Both the position numbers and the translations under genes were made by a program. The notes under the pieces were generated by a model that did not search any database, was not told the DNA's origin, and saw only the letters and a list, made by a program, of their open reading frames with translations. A stretch of DNA of 64,000 bases from an uncultured bacterium (GTDB lineage Bacteria; Patescibacteriota; Minisyncoccia; UBA6257; 2-01-FULL-56-20). Location of the stretch: contig OY970358.1 in NCBI GenBank assembly GCA_963718575.1, positions 386,172 to 450,171 on the forward strand, written 5' to 3'. Below, piece after piece: positions 50,947-61,290 of this stretch (position 1 is its first letter; the number at the start of each line of letters is the position of its first letter).

Positions 50947-51791
50947 CACCGCCTTCCCTGATTCGCAAAAAGGCTCCTCTTCGCCCGAGACAGCGAATTA
51001 TAGAGTATCCGCCGAATCCCGGCCGGAAGCTGACTATAGCAATATTGGGTAACGTTCAGGATGTATGCCGGAAGAAAATTTGGATATTCTTTTCGGTGGC
51101 TGGCGACGATGTGTAGTATCTCGTCGGCTTGCGAACGCTTGAAAAGCACTGTTTTACTCTTGTCGGTCAAAAGATAGCGGACAAAATATTCCTGAAAGTT
51201 ATAAAGCCTCCCGCGTTGTCCCATGCGGAGCCATAAATCCCAGTCTTCAGCATTCTTGAAATCGCCGTACCCACCCGCAGCAAGCGCAACCTCGCGCCGG
51301 AACATCACCGTGGAATGCGTGAATGGATTAGCGAAGAGCGCCTTATTCCGAATCGTCGCATCATCCTCGGGCTTTAGATAACGGAACCGCTCTTTGTCAT
51401 TCTCATCGATCACGATCGTTCCCCCGCCCGTAAGTACGAAATCCGGATGCGCGTCAAAGAACGCAACCTGTTTTGAAAGTTTTTCCGCATCACACCAATA
51501 ATCGTCGTCGTCCAGCCGCGCGATGTAAGTGCCCTGCGCGATCTTCATCGCCTCGTTCAGTGTGCGAGAAATATCCGGATAATAGTTCTTCTCGTGATGT
51601 ATCGGCCTCACACGAGCATCCTTCTTCGCCAGTCCATCCAAAAATACCTTTGTATCGTCAGTCGATGCATCGTTCACTATGATGAATTCGAAGTCGGTGA
51701 GCGTCTGCGAAAGGACACTGTCCACTGCACGCTCCAAAAGCTTGCGCCGGTTGTACGTCGGCATGATCACACTTACGACGGGGGTCTTCAT
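50943..51791 (-). CDS. glycosyltransferase family 2
   Basis: VSVIMPTYNRRKLLERAVDSVLSQT...IIVNDASTDDT is present. Confidence 0.78.
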   Translation of the reverse strand: MKTPVVSVIMPTYNRRKLLERAVDSVLSQTLTDFEFIIVNDASTDDTKVFLDGLAKKDARVRPIHHEKNYYPDISRTLNEAMKIAQGTYIARLDDDDYWCDAEKLSKQVAFFDAHPDFVLTGGGTIVIDENDKERFRYLKPEDDATIRNKALFANPFTHSTVMFRREVALAAGGYGDFKNAEDWDLWLRMGQRGRLYNFQEYFVRYLLTDKSKTVLFKRSQADEILHIVASHRKEYPNFLPAYILNVTQYCYSQLPAGIRRILYNSLSRAKRSLFANQGRRC

Positions 51792-51821
51792 GGATATATT
51801 GTAGTCCTGGATAAAGATTTT

Positions 51822-52598
51822 TCAAATGGAAATGGTGCCCCACGGATCCGCTACGCTTTTTCTTATTTTTTTCTCATAATATTCCATCGCCCTCTCATAT
51901 TTTTCGGGTTTGCCGATATCAAGAATGGGCTCCGTGGTCGGGAACGCATAAAATACTGCACCATCGGCGAATGCCCGCGGGATAACCTCTCCGTCGAGTT
52001 TTATAGGGGCGGCAGGAGGAATATAGTCCAGGATCTTTTTTGAAAAAGCGTATATCCCTGCATTTACGAGAAGCGAATCGTCCAACTGGGCGATATGATG
52101 AGGCCTTGTATGCCATTGCACTATTTTTTTCGACGCACGGTCAAATTTAGCCACCTCTCCATCCTGTGGAATTTCCTCCTTCAACACAATCGAGCCGATC
52201 CCGCCCTGCTTTATATGCTCCTCTCCAAAATTTGAGTAATTGAAAAAATTCAATTCGTCACCATATAAGAAGAAAAACTGATCATCGAGCAGCGGTTGCG
52301 CCTTCTTAATTGCACCGCCAGTATCTAATAATTGCTTCGTCTCGTCACTATAGGTGATATTCACCCCCCATTTCCTGCCATCTCCAAAATATGACGTAAT
52401 CACTTCCGGGAGGTAGTGGATATTGATGATAAATCTATTGACCCCCTGCTCCCGCATCCACTCGATGGTATGTGCAAGAAGCGGTTTCCCCGTAGCAATG
52501 GGAACCATTACCTTTGGAATCGTATCGGTAATCGGCCGCAAGCGGGTGCCAAGCCCCGCCCCCAATATCATCGCCTGCGTAATCTTATGTTTTGACAT
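51822..52598 (-). CDS. sugar-1-phosphate nucleotidyltransferase (HddC/RmlA-like)
   Basis: MILGAGLGTRLRPITDTIPKVMVPIA is present. Confidence 0.75.
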   Translation of the reverse strand: MSKHKITQAMILGAGLGTRLRPITDTIPKVMVPIATGKPLLAHTIEWMREQGVNRFIINIHYLPEVITSYFGDGRKWGVNITYSDETKQLLDTGGAIKKAQPLLDDQFFFLYGDELNFFNYSNFGEEHIKQGGIGSIVLKEEIPQDGEVAKFDRASKKIVQWHTRPHHIAQLDDSLLVNAGIYAFSKKILDYIPPAAPIKLDGEVIPRAFADGAVFYAFPTTEPILDIGKPEKYERAMEYYEKKIRKSVADPWGTISI

Positions 52599-52631
52599 CC
52601 CTTAAGTTAAGTATAGTGTACAATATTATCT

Positions 52632-53309
52632 ATGATAAAAGGAATCGCATTTGATCTTGAAGGGACCGTTGTTGACCTTGAACCAGCACATCACAACGCC
52701 CACCTGAGAGTGTGCCATGAACTGGGGATCGACCTTACCCTAGAAGAAGCCATTGAAAAGATCCATCATTTTATTGGTGGCCCTGATTCGATCATCGCAG
52801 AGGAGATTTTTGAGCTTTCAGGGGAGAGAGAAAGTCCTGCGTGGATCGTCGGCCGTGACGCTGCTTACTATAAAGAGCTACTTGCAACCATGCCTATTGT
52901 GCCGCGTGATGGATTTCTTGAAATTCTTGATCAGTGTAAGAAGCGGGGGATAAAGACCGCGATAGGATCCCTCACAGAAGACAATGACGCTCGTCATATC
53001 TTGGATGCCTCGGGGCTTTCGAAGTTTTTTGACACCAACACGGTTGTACTCAAAAGTCATGTAAAAAATTTAAAACCTGCTCCAGGCGTATTTATCGAGA
53101 CCGCGAAGCGAATGGGTATTGAACCATCCGTACAACTTGTCTTCGAAGATTCTCCGCGAGGGATCGAAGCCGCACGCAAGGCTCAATCGCGTGCAATCGG
53201 TATGCCGGTCTATGATACTCCGACGGTCATCGCCGCGCTCCGCAATGCAGGCGCAGAGGAGGTATTCCTGCACTGGCGGGACATCCCCATCGATCGCCTT
53301 TTGGTATAA
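52632..53309 (+). CDS. HAD-superfamily hydrolase (phosphatase/beta-phosphoglucomutase-like)
   Basis: IAFDLEGTVVD (the DxD/E nucleophile motif) and a C-terminal FEDSPRGIEAA are present. Confidence 0.7.
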   Translation: MIKGIAFDLEGTVVDLEPAHHNAHLRVCHELGIDLTLEEAIEKIHHFIGGPDSIIAEEIFELSGERESPAWIVGRDAAYYKELLATMPIVPRDGFLEILDQCKKRGIKTAIGSLTEDNDARHILDASGLSKFFDTNTVVLKSHVKNLKPAPGVFIETAKRMGIEPSVQLVFEDSPRGIEAARKAQSRAIGMPVYDTPTVIAALRNAGAEEVFLHWRDIPIDRLLV

Positions 53310-53334
53310 GCTCGCCCGCAATTGCCAAAGAATC

Positions 53335-54312
53335 CTAAGCTTGTTCTGAAAAAATAATTTCGCTCCCCGAACGCGAAAACCCTACCGGAAAGACTTGATA
53401 GCCCTTAAGAGCCCTCTTGAGGGTGGGATGCTTATGCGGCGGCGCTATAACGACAAGATAACCCCCACCACCCGCACCGCTCAGTCTACTCCCCCACGCC
53501 CCCGCTCGCTTTGCTTTTTCTCTCATAGTCTCGATCTGACTATTGGTAATACCCCGGGAAAGTGTCTGTTTTATTTCCCATTCATAAGAAAGAATTTCTG
53601 CAAAACTCTTCCAATCTCCTTTTTCAAGGAACTGAATCGCAGGAGAAACCTGTGCGGCCATTTCTTTAAGCTTCGGAAAGTTGACCTGAAACTGTTTATG
53701 CTGATCGTTTAATATCCCAGAAGCTGAATGCCCGACGCCCGTATGAAAAACGATCATATGCTCCATAAATTCGGAAAGCTTCTTGGGAGATAACCCGACC
53801 GGGACAACTTTTACCGATCCAGCCTTATTGAACGTGTATGCATTGAAGCCTCCGAATGCGGCCGCGTATTGATCCTGTTTTCCGATCGGCTCCTTGAGTT
53901 TATCTATTTCGATATGTGCTGCCAATTCCGCAACCTTAAGAGGCGAAAATTTCTTCCCCTCCCAGGCCGCAAGCGCGTTGACAAGCCCTGCCGTGAAGCT
54001 ACTCGATGCTCCGAGGCCGGATCCCTGTGCGGAGACGTGCGATGCGGAAGCGATATCGAGCCCGGTCGGTATATGGAAATAATGCAACGCCGCGCGCGTA
54101 CGCGAATGGGTAACCTCTTTTGAATGGGTTGCATATTCCATGCCCTCGTACGCCAGGCGCAATCTTCCGTCAAATCGCGGATGGATCGTGACATAAATGA
54201 ATTTGTCGATAGCGAGATTCAAAATCCGCCCCGGGGAACGACGATAGAAATTTTTAATGTCCGTACTGCCCCCTAAAAATTCGATGCGAAGAGGGGTTTT
54301 TGAGATAATCAT
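53335..54312 (-). CDS. GHMP-family sugar kinase (heptose-phosphate kinase-like)
   Basis: AQGSGLGASSSFTAGLVNAL (motif 2) and RLSGAGGGGYLVV (motif 3) are present. Confidence 0.7.
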   Translation of the reverse strand: MIISKTPLRIEFLGGSTDIKNFYRRSPGRILNLAIDKFIYVTIHPRFDGRLRLAYEGMEYATHSKEVTHSRTRAALHYFHIPTGLDIASASHVSAQGSGLGASSSFTAGLVNALAAWEGKKFSPLKVAELAAHIEIDKLKEPIGKQDQYAAAFGGFNAYTFNKAGSVKVVPVGLSPKKLSEFMEHMIVFHTGVGHSASGILNDQHKQFQVNFPKLKEMAAQVSPAIQFLEKGDWKSFAEILSYEWEIKQTLSRGITNSQIETMREKAKRAGAWGSRLSGAGGGGYLVVIAPPHKHPTLKRALKGYQVFPVGFSRSGSEIIFSEQA

Positions 54313-54324
54313 TCGGATTTTATT

Positions 54325-54933
54325 CTACGAACGCGCAGTGCGCCGTTCGATAAGACGATCGAAGTAATTTTTAAAGTATTTCGTGATAAGATGCATAATC
54401 GTCCCATGTGCACTTTCGACAACTTCGTATTCCCCTTTTTCCGTATTTACTAAAATTTTTGCATCAGCAAGCTCGTTCAATTTCCCCCCGTCGAACCCCG
54501 AAAGGCCGATCACTGGTACATTATATTTTTTGGCGAGTTCCACTGCTTTGATGATGTTGATCGAATTACCCGAACTCGAAATGGCAATGACCACGTCGGA
54601 GTCCTGAATATAATTCTGAAGCGGACCCGCAAACACCATATCATATCCAACGTCATTCGCCCAAGCGGTAATCTCAGACTCTGTAGAAGGCAGTCGCACT
54701 GCCTGAAATCGCCGAGTGTGCTCGCTTAAATCATGACTGAAGATCGTTTTATTAATATCTGCGACCCAATGCGTCGCGATTGCAAGCGATCCGCCGTTGC
54801 CGAAGACATAGATACGGCCATCTCGCTCGTAACATGCCTGGAGGATATTCATCGCCTTAGCGATCTCTTCGATCGGCAGGTTTTGTAATGTCGCCCTCAC
54901 CTTTCCCGAAAATTCTTTTATAAATTGATCCAT
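54325..54933 (-). CDS. gmhA: phosphoheptose (sedoheptulose-7-phosphate) isomerase, SIS domain
   Basis: RIYVFGNGGSLAIATHWVAD and a SIS fold. Confidence 0.8.
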   Translation of the reverse strand: MDQFIKEFSGKVRATLQNLPIEEIAKAMNILQACYERDGRIYVFGNGGSLAIATHWVADINKTIFSHDLSEHTRRFQAVRLPSTESEITAWANDVGYDMVFAGPLQNYIQDSDVVIAISSSGNSINIIKAVELAKKYNVPVIGLSGFDGGKLNELADAKILVNTEKGEYEVVESAHGTIMHLITKYFKNYFDRLIERRTARS

Positions 54934-54948
54934 AAATATATTCTCATT

Positions 54949-55992
54949 CTATGAGAGCGTAGTCCTTTCATAATCGCTATCATGCAACACCTCGACGCCC
55001 GATTGTATAAATCGAACAGGAATCTCTTTAAAATCTTTGAGGGTTGCTGCTTGTGCCGCCACGGCGACCGCGTGCCTAATCGCCTCTTTTTTTTCTATGG
55101 GGGCAAGAAACATAACACACCCCCCACTACCTGCGCCCAACATTTTTCCTCCCCACGCACCCGCCTGCAAGCCTGCTAAATAAAGACTATCAACCGTCGA
55201 ATTTGAAATTGTCGACACGAGCGACTTCTTCATTGTCCACCCCTCGTTAAGGATGCTTCCCAATTTCTCAAAGTCCGCAGCAAGAAGTGCCGCTTGCGCC
55301 TTTGCCACCGAGTGAGCCATTGCTTTCATCACTTCAAAATTCTTTTCGGCACTCGCTTCTTGTTCTTTCAGCACGCCTGCCGCATCCCGGATAAGACCCG
55401 TAAAAAATATCATGATGTGGTCCTCTAGCCCAAGGCGAACCTTATAATCCACCAACACCGGCTTCACATCCACGGAATGATCCGCGTTGAACTGAAAAAC
55501 ATTAAAACCCCCGAAGGCGGCAGTATACTGTCCTTGTTTTCCCATTGATTCCTTAAGTAATTCGATCTCCAAACGTGCTGCCGCTTCTGCGGCCTGACCC
55601 TTGTCGATCTTCTTTCCCTGATACGCCGCAAGCGCTTTCACGAGCGCGACGGAAAACGTGGACGACGACCCGAGTCCGGCCTTTGCCGGTAATGATGCAA
55701 ATGAAGCAAGTTCAATACCGCTTGTTATCCCCGCATCCAAAAGCGCCGCCTTAATGCGAGTGTGCTGAAGCTCGCTCGGGTGGGAAACTGTTTCCGAAAC
55801 GGAGTAACGCGCCGAAACCTTATCAATAAGCGGCGTACGATTAACCACCACATATACGTATTTGTCGATGGCTGTCGATAAAACACGCCCTGGGTGGCGC
55901 GTATAGAATGAAGCCATATCCGTACCCCCGCCGGCAAAGCTGATCCTAAGAGGGGCTCTTACTACGATCATAGATGCAATACTACAACTCAA
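54949..55992 (-). CDS. GHMP-family kinase (second copy)
   Basis: PAKAGLGSSSTFSVALVKAL and MLGAGSGGCVMFL are present. Confidence 0.7.
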   Translation of the reverse strand: MSCSIASMIVVRAPLRISFAGGGTDMASFYTRHPGRVLSTAIDKYVYVVVNRTPLIDKVSARYSVSETVSHPSELQHTRIKAALLDAGITSGIELASFASLPAKAGLGSSSTFSVALVKALAAYQGKKIDKGQAAEAAARLEIELLKESMGKQGQYTAAFGGFNVFQFNADHSVDVKPVLVDYKVRLGLEDHIMIFFTGLIRDAAGVLKEQEASAEKNFEVMKAMAHSVAKAQAALLAADFEKLGSILNEGWTMKKSLVSTISNSTVDSLYLAGLQAGAWGGKMLGAGSGGCVMFLAPIEKKEAIRHAVAVAAQAATLKDFKEIPVRFIQSGVEVLHDSDYERTTLS

Positions 55993-56010
55993 ACGCCCCG
56001 GCGTCTAGCG

Positions 56011-57063
56011 TTACCGTGCCCGATCTTTGAGCCATGCCACGTAGTCACGCACCGACTCTTCGGGAGTATGCCGGGGTCTCCAACCAAGTTTTTTTAACTT
56101 GGAAATATCCGATACCGCATTCCTTGTATCCGTCCTTCGATACCCGCCGATCTTTATATCGGAGGATGAACCGGTAACACACTTAACCATCTTCGCAAAT
56201 TCAATGACCGGATATGCCTTTCCGCCGCCAACGTTAAACGTGCCAAAATCCATTTTTTCGTTCTTTAATGCCAGAAGATTTGCGGCCACCACATCATACA
56301 CGTTCACAAAATCCCTCAGTTGATTCCCATCCTCGTATACCGTGATCGGATCCCCGGCAAGCGCCTGGAGTGAAAAGATGCGCATTGCGCCGGAATAGAG
56401 ATTGCGCGGCGACTGGCGCGGCCCCTGCACGATCGAATAACGAAAAATAACGCTTGGAATGTCATAGGTCTTCCCAAAACGCAACGCCAAGCGCTCAATC
56501 GCTTCCTTGGAAAGGCCGTAGGCATTGGTAGGAGTGAGCGGTTGATCCTCTTTGAATGGGTGAAATATTGCCCTCTTCCCGTGCGGACAAAGAATGTCGA
56601 ACTGCTTCCCGTCGAACTGCTTCTGCGTACGCACCTCTGGATAAAAACGCTTATGAGTATGCGGACATTCGTATTCACCATCGCCGTAAGCAAATTGGGT
56701 GCTTGCGAAAACAATCTTTTTTACCGGAATTTTTTTCTCTACAATAATCTCATACATCAGGGCGGCGCTCACGGTATTCGTCACAAAAAACTTGCTGAAG
56801 TCCGGACGTTGATCCTGATATGCCGCAAGGTGATATATGTACGACACCCCGGCGAGCGCTCTCTCGAGATCCTTCCTTCTACTAACATCGCCTTTTATCA
56901 ATTCATATCCTTTGCCCGAAAGATATGCAGGCCATTGCCCAGCATGAACCGGCGGCTTCAGGTTATCAATGATACGCACCGTATATCCGGCCTTCGCAAG
57001 CGCATCTGCAGTATGGCTTCCAATGAAGCCAGCCCCGCCAGTGATGAGCACTTTCTCCTTTTT
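56011..57063 (-). CDS. NAD-dependent epimerase/dehydratase (nucleotide-sugar 4,6-dehydratase/epimerase-like SDR)
   Basis: VLITGGAGFIGSH and YGLSKEAIE (YxxxK) are present. Confidence 0.75.
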   Translation of the reverse strand, partial: KKEKVLITGGAGFIGSHTADALAKAGYTVRIIDNLKPPVHAGQWPAYLSGKGYELIKGDVSRRKDLERALAGVSYIYHLAAYQDQRPDFSKFFVTNTVSAALMYEIIVEKKIPVKKIVFASTQFAYGDGEYECPHTHKRFYPEVRTQKQFDGKQFDILCPHGKRAIFHPFKEDQPLTPTNAYGLSKEAIERLALRFGKTYDIPSVIFRYSIVQGPRQSPRNLYSGAMRIFSLQALAGDPITVYEDGNQLRDFVNVYDVVAANLLALKNEKMDFGTFNVGGGKAYPVIEFAKMVKCVTGSSSDIKIGGYRRTDTRNAVSDISKLKKLGWRPRHTPEESVRDYVAWLKDRAR

Positions 57064-57085
57064 CATCCTTACCATTATACCGCAC

Positions 57086-58060
57086 TCATTCCGCCATAGG
57101 AATAAAAAGCCGTTTCTTCCTTAAATTCCATGCCTGTTCGATCGCAAATCGCAGGAGCAGCGAAGGCACCGCCATCATCATAACGATCAGCACGCGATTT
57201 TTTAGACTTATCTTTTCTTTTATCTCACCGTACACATTCCATGCTTCTTTCTTCTGTCCGTTCGAAAGAAACGCGATTGCATAATTCTTTTTACGATCGG
57301 CAAGCCAGTGATCAATGTTCCATTTCTTTCGATCTTCCGCTGACATCTGATCGCGAAGATTCTCAAATATCTTCACCTGGGAATCCTTGAGCGTAACTTG
57401 CCGCGCAAAGTTCGTGTTGCTATCCCATCGGAGCCGGTATCGCACAAGGTCTTCGTCAAGATAAGCGATCTTGTATCCATTGCGAAGCATACGGAGGAAA
57501 TATTCCCAATCCTCCACCATTCCCGTGGCAGGATTATAGCCACCAAGCTTGTCATACACCTCGCGCCGGAACATGATTGCCGTGTTTGTGATGAACTGCT
57601 GTTTAAGCAACTCTGGAAATACTTCTTCGCCAGAATATAACTTAAAGCGATGCCGGTAATAGGTATCCGGCGCCCCGTCGAAGAAATATTTAAGACGACA
57701 ATAGACCAATGCGTACTCGTGGTGCATCTCAAGAAATGCAACTTCTTTCGATAGTTTCCCTTGCATATAAATATCATCGCTGTCGAGGAGCGTGAAGTAG
57801 TCCCCTTTCGCCTGTTGAAATAATTCATTTCTCGTAGAAGTAATACCCCGATTCTCGCGCCTTGTCATATGAAGACGCGGATCCGTATAGCCCTGCAAGA
57901 TTTCCCATGTTCTGTCGGTAGAACCATCATCGATCACAAGAATCTCAAAATTCGGATAATCTTGCATAAGCGCCGAATCGATCGCCTCCTTTATATACCG
58001 GTCGGCATTATAGGATGGGATGAGAATGGAAACGAGGGGGATTCCCCGGGAAGAAATCAT
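57086..58060 (-). CDS. glycosyltransferase family 2
   Basis: VSILIPSYNADRYIKEAIDSALMQ...ILVIDDGSTD is present. Confidence 0.78.
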   Translation of the reverse strand: MISSRGIPLVSILIPSYNADRYIKEAIDSALMQDYPNFEILVIDDGSTDRTWEILQGYTDPRLHMTRRENRGITSTRNELFQQAKGDYFTLLDSDDIYMQGKLSKEVAFLEMHHEYALVYCRLKYFFDGAPDTYYRHRFKLYSGEEVFPELLKQQFITNTAIMFRREVYDKLGGYNPATGMVEDWEYFLRMLRNGYKIAYLDEDLVRYRLRWDSNTNFARQVTLKDSQVKIFENLRDQMSAEDRKKWNIDHWLADRKKNYAIAFLSNGQKKEAWNVYGEIKEKISLKNRVLIVMMMAVPSLLLRFAIEQAWNLRKKRLFIPMAE

Positions 58061-58064
58061 AGCC

Positions 58065-58910
58065 TTAATTATTTTTTAATATATTCTTCATCCAATGAAT
58101 CTGATTTTCCAAACCATTCGATTGCCACGATCCTCCGATAAAATGGACGAACTTCCCATAAAAATGGACACGCACTCCATGGACAGGCTCGACCGTCCAT
58201 GGCTCTCCGGGCTTTCCATGAAGGTCATATACATCGGGAAGTTTTTTTACCTCGTCGGGGTTCACGTGAACCCGCCCGCCCGCATCAATTCCCCAGCCAG
58301 GCAAGAAATTTGGTTCCTGGCCGTTGAGATATTCTCGCCGAAAGAAAAGAAGTCCCAGCCATAGATACCATATCTCTTTCCGAAAATTCCGGAAAGGCCG
58401 GGGGGCACAATGATGTATTACTCCCCAGGCATCACCCTCTTCCAGATAGGGACTGATACTGACGGGCTCTATGGGAAAAAGATCGCTGTCAATAAAACCG
58501 AAGCGGTCAGGCTTGAATCGCACGATCAGATTAGAATAAATCCAATTGAATGCAAGTCCGGGGTTAATACTCTCGTCAATGCCGGGATTCTTAGGTAGGC
58601 GAATATAGTTCAATCCCTGCGCCAGGCAATAATCCTTGATCTGTGCCGATGGCTCGTCCTCGCTCGAATTATCCATAATGAAATATTCATATTCATCGCG
58701 TAAGAATTTCTTGATCGCCGTATAATGAAGCTCGATGAGGTCGGGCTTATTAAACGCGAGAATGATAACAAAAAGCTTCTTCGGATCGGCGGAAACGATT
58801 GATTCAAATACCGCCGGCTCCTTTTTGAACCGGGCATTCACGGACGACATTAGAAAAATCTTAAAAAAGATTTTTTTGATCTTTTTTGCCATGGTCATCT
58901 TGGAAGCCAA
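58065..58910 (-). CDS. hypothetical GT-A-like protein
   Basis: LFVIILAFNKPDLI...FIMDNSSED resembles a GT-A fold N-terminus. Homology is weak. Confidence 0.35.
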   Translation of the reverse strand: MASKMTMAKKIKKIFFKIFLMSSVNARFKKEPAVFESIVSADPKKLFVIILAFNKPDLIELHYTAIKKFLRDEYEYFIMDNSSEDEPSAQIKDYCLAQGLNYIRLPKNPGIDESINPGLAFNWIYSNLIVRFKPDRFGFIDSDLFPIEPVSISPYLEEGDAWGVIHHCAPRPFRNFRKEIWYLWLGLLFFRREYLNGQEPNFLPGWGIDAGGRVHVNPDEVKKLPDVYDLHGKPGEPWTVEPVHGVRVHFYGKFVHFIGGSWQSNGLENQIHWMKNILKNN

Positions 58911-59854
58911 AAAATGAAGTCTTCCTCCGCGCGATGGGAAAGAATATGGCGATAGCCCGGTTCAATCTCCTGAATCAGGGCCGGAATATCGATTTTGTCG
59001 TTCGGATAATGATACGCGGATGCAGCGATGACCGGCTTGAAGCGCTTGATCGTTTCCCGCGCACCGCGAATAATATTTTTTTCATATCCCTCGGTGTCCA
59101 TTTTTATAAAATCCACGGAGGGAAGGGCATTCTCTTTGACGAAATCATCAATCGTGACAATTTTAACGGTTTCCAACACAACATCACTTATGCCACCCGT
59201 GGCCGCAAAGCCCGTATCGGAAAAAGCGCTAAAACCAGGGAATTCAGCGTTCACCCGCATCTCGCGGCTGTCGCTCTTCTCCCCCAGCCCAAAAGGAACC
59301 ACTGAAACATTCGTCGCATTCCTTACGTTTTCGATAAGCGTAGCTCGCGCTGGTGCGCCGGGCTCAAACGCGTATACCTTTCCCTTCTCCGCAATTGATG
59401 CCGCAAATACAGTGAACGTCCCAATGTTCGCACCGGCATCGATCACAATTGAATCCGATGTAAGGAATTCCCGGGCGTGATACTGATCGTCCACGATGAT
59501 CTGTTGAAGGAGTGTCAGAAAATCAATGAGTCCCGCTATTGAAGTATTATGCGGAACGACGGACATATTCCCTACGGTAAGCCGAGGCGCACAGCCTTTA
59601 AATAGCGAAAGTAATTCTTGTTCGGATAACTCCTTCACCTTTTTTTTAACCAATCCCTCTTTTTTCCCGTCAATAAAGACCCGCGCTAACTCACTCGCTG
59701 TTATCTTTCCCGAAAGGAAGATTTTGCACGAAAAAAAGGCCCACGCGATATTGCGGGCGAAAGGACTGACGAAAAAGGCTGGGTTTCCCCTCTTTTTACT
59801 CTCCTTGACCAATGCGGTCATGCCATCAAGGGAAATGTCGCAATACTGTTTCAT
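58895..59854 (-). CDS. FkbM-family methyltransferase
   Basis: IVIDAGANIGTFTVFAA...KVYAFEP is present. Confidence 0.7.
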   Translation of the reverse strand: MKQYCDISLDGMTALVKESKKRGNPAFFVSPFARNIAWAFFSCKIFLSGKITASELARVFIDGKKEGLVKKKVKELSEQELLSLFKGCAPRLTVGNMSVVPHNTSIAGLIDFLTLLQQIIVDDQYHAREFLTSDSIVIDAGANIGTFTVFAASIAEKGKVYAFEPGAPARATLIENVRNATNVSVVPFGLGEKSDSREMRVNAEFPGFSAFSDTGFAATGGISDVVLETVKIVTIDDFVKENALPSVDFIKMDTEGYEKNIIRGARETIKRFKPVIAASAYHYPNDKIDIPALIQEIEPGYRHILSHRAEEDFIFWLPR

Positions 59855-59927
59855 AGAACAATGTCCCTATTATATGCCCTTTCGATAAGTGTTGCAAAAA
59901 TCTCAAAAAAAAATCATAATCTAATCC

Positions 59928-60818
59928 ATGGCGCAAAAGATAGTCGCTTCAATTCTCTCTTGGAATCCAGATATAGAAGTATTACGAAGGTCGTTAAAGG
60001 CATTGCGCCCACAGGTCAACCACGTCATCATCTGTGACAACGGGTCGAGTCCGGAACTTCAGGACGAACTTAAAAAACTCGGCAAGGAATTTGAAGGATT
60101 TATCACATTCGTATGGAACGGGAAGAATCTTGGAAATGCCGGGGGTTTGAACGTTGGGGTTCAGGCCGCCCTAGATACAGGGGCGGCCTGGGTGATGCCA
60201 ATCGACGATGACAGCGTTGCATCACAAGATATGGTTGCAAAAATGCTTGAAGCATATAATGCCCTTTCCCCAGAGGACCAAAAAAGGGTCGGGCGCGTCA
60301 TGCCAAACTACACTACGGTAAAAGGAATGATGTTTGAGGGTAAACCATTCATTACCGACGGAGCGTTGAGTTCAGGCGAGATAGTGAAGGCCGAAGTCTA
60401 TCAAAAGATCGGATTCTACAAGGAGGAGCTTTTTATTGACTTTGTTGACAGCGAGTTTTCTCATCGAGCATATCGCGCAAGAATATATTCCCTGATAGTA
60501 CCAGCTGCGATTCTTTACCATACACTTGGGGAACCATCACTACGAAAGTTCCTTTGGTTGACCGCCGCGGTAACAAACTATCCTCCCTATCGATACTATT
60601 ATATTTCCAGAAATGGGGTATATCTCTACACACGCTATTTTGATGATTTCTTTATAAAGAGCAACAGCAAAATGAGCGCAGTGTGGCTATTCATCATTCC
60701 CCGCTATTTTATTAAAGCAATGTTGTTCGAGGATCAGAAAATGGAGAAGGTTCGGATGGTTCTGAAGGGAACATGGGATGGTCTTCGCGGTAATATGGGA
60801 AAGTTACAGACAAGATGA
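59928..60818 (+). CDS. glycosyltransferase family 2 (rhamnosyltransferase-like)
   Basis: ASILSWNPDIEV...IICDNGSS...PIDDD is present. Confidence 0.7.
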   Translation: MAQKIVASILSWNPDIEVLRRSLKALRPQVNHVIICDNGSSPELQDELKKLGKEFEGFITFVWNGKNLGNAGGLNVGVQAALDTGAAWVMPIDDDSVASQDMVAKMLEAYNALSPEDQKRVGRVMPNYTTVKGMMFEGKPFITDGALSSGEIVKAEVYQKIGFYKEELFIDFVDSEFSHRAYRARIYSLIVPAAILYHTLGEPSLRKFLWLTAAVTNYPPYRYYYISRNGVYLYTRYFDDFFIKSNSKMSAVWLFIIPRYFIKAMLFEDQKMEKVRMVLKGTWDGLRGNMGKLQTR

Positions 60819-61285
60819 ACTCACGAAACCATCCGCTGTCATATGAAGAATTCAAACAGATATATTCCCGGGTTCCAAGGGTAAGTGTTGATCTCGTTAT
60901 CCAGACTCCGCAGGGTATCGTGCTTACCCTCCGCAATCTTCCTTCATGGAATAATCTCTGGCATTTTCCCGGCAGCACCGTTCTTTATCAAGAAAGCGTG
61001 GAGGATGCCGTAAAGCGGACGGCCCGCGAGGAGGCGGGAATATCAATCAATATTAAAAAACTTTTGGGGTATCTTGAATATCCAAGTGAAAAAGAACAGC
61101 GAGGGTTCGGCTCCACTATAAGCTTGTTATTTCTTTGCGAGCTGGTAGAAGGGATACTCACGCCGGACGACGAAGCATCGCAAATAGGTACCTTTTCCAA
61201 TATAGCGAAGCTTCCTTTGAATATTGTGATGGAACATCGACCCATTATTGAGAAAATCCTCAAGGGCGACGAGTTATCTCTATAA
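60815..61285 (+). CDS. NUDIX hydrolase
   Basis: WHFPGSTVLYQESVEDAVKRTAREEAGI matches the Nudix box GX5EX7REUXEEXGU. Confidence 0.6.
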   Translation: MNSRNHPLSYEEFKQIYSRVPRVSVDLVIQTPQGIVLTLRNLPSWNNLWHFPGSTVLYQESVEDAVKRTAREEAGISINIKKLLGYLEYPSEKEQRGFGSTISLLFLCELVEGILTPDDEASQIGTFSNIAKLPLNIVMEHRPIIEKILKGDELSL

Positions 61286-61290
61286 AAACT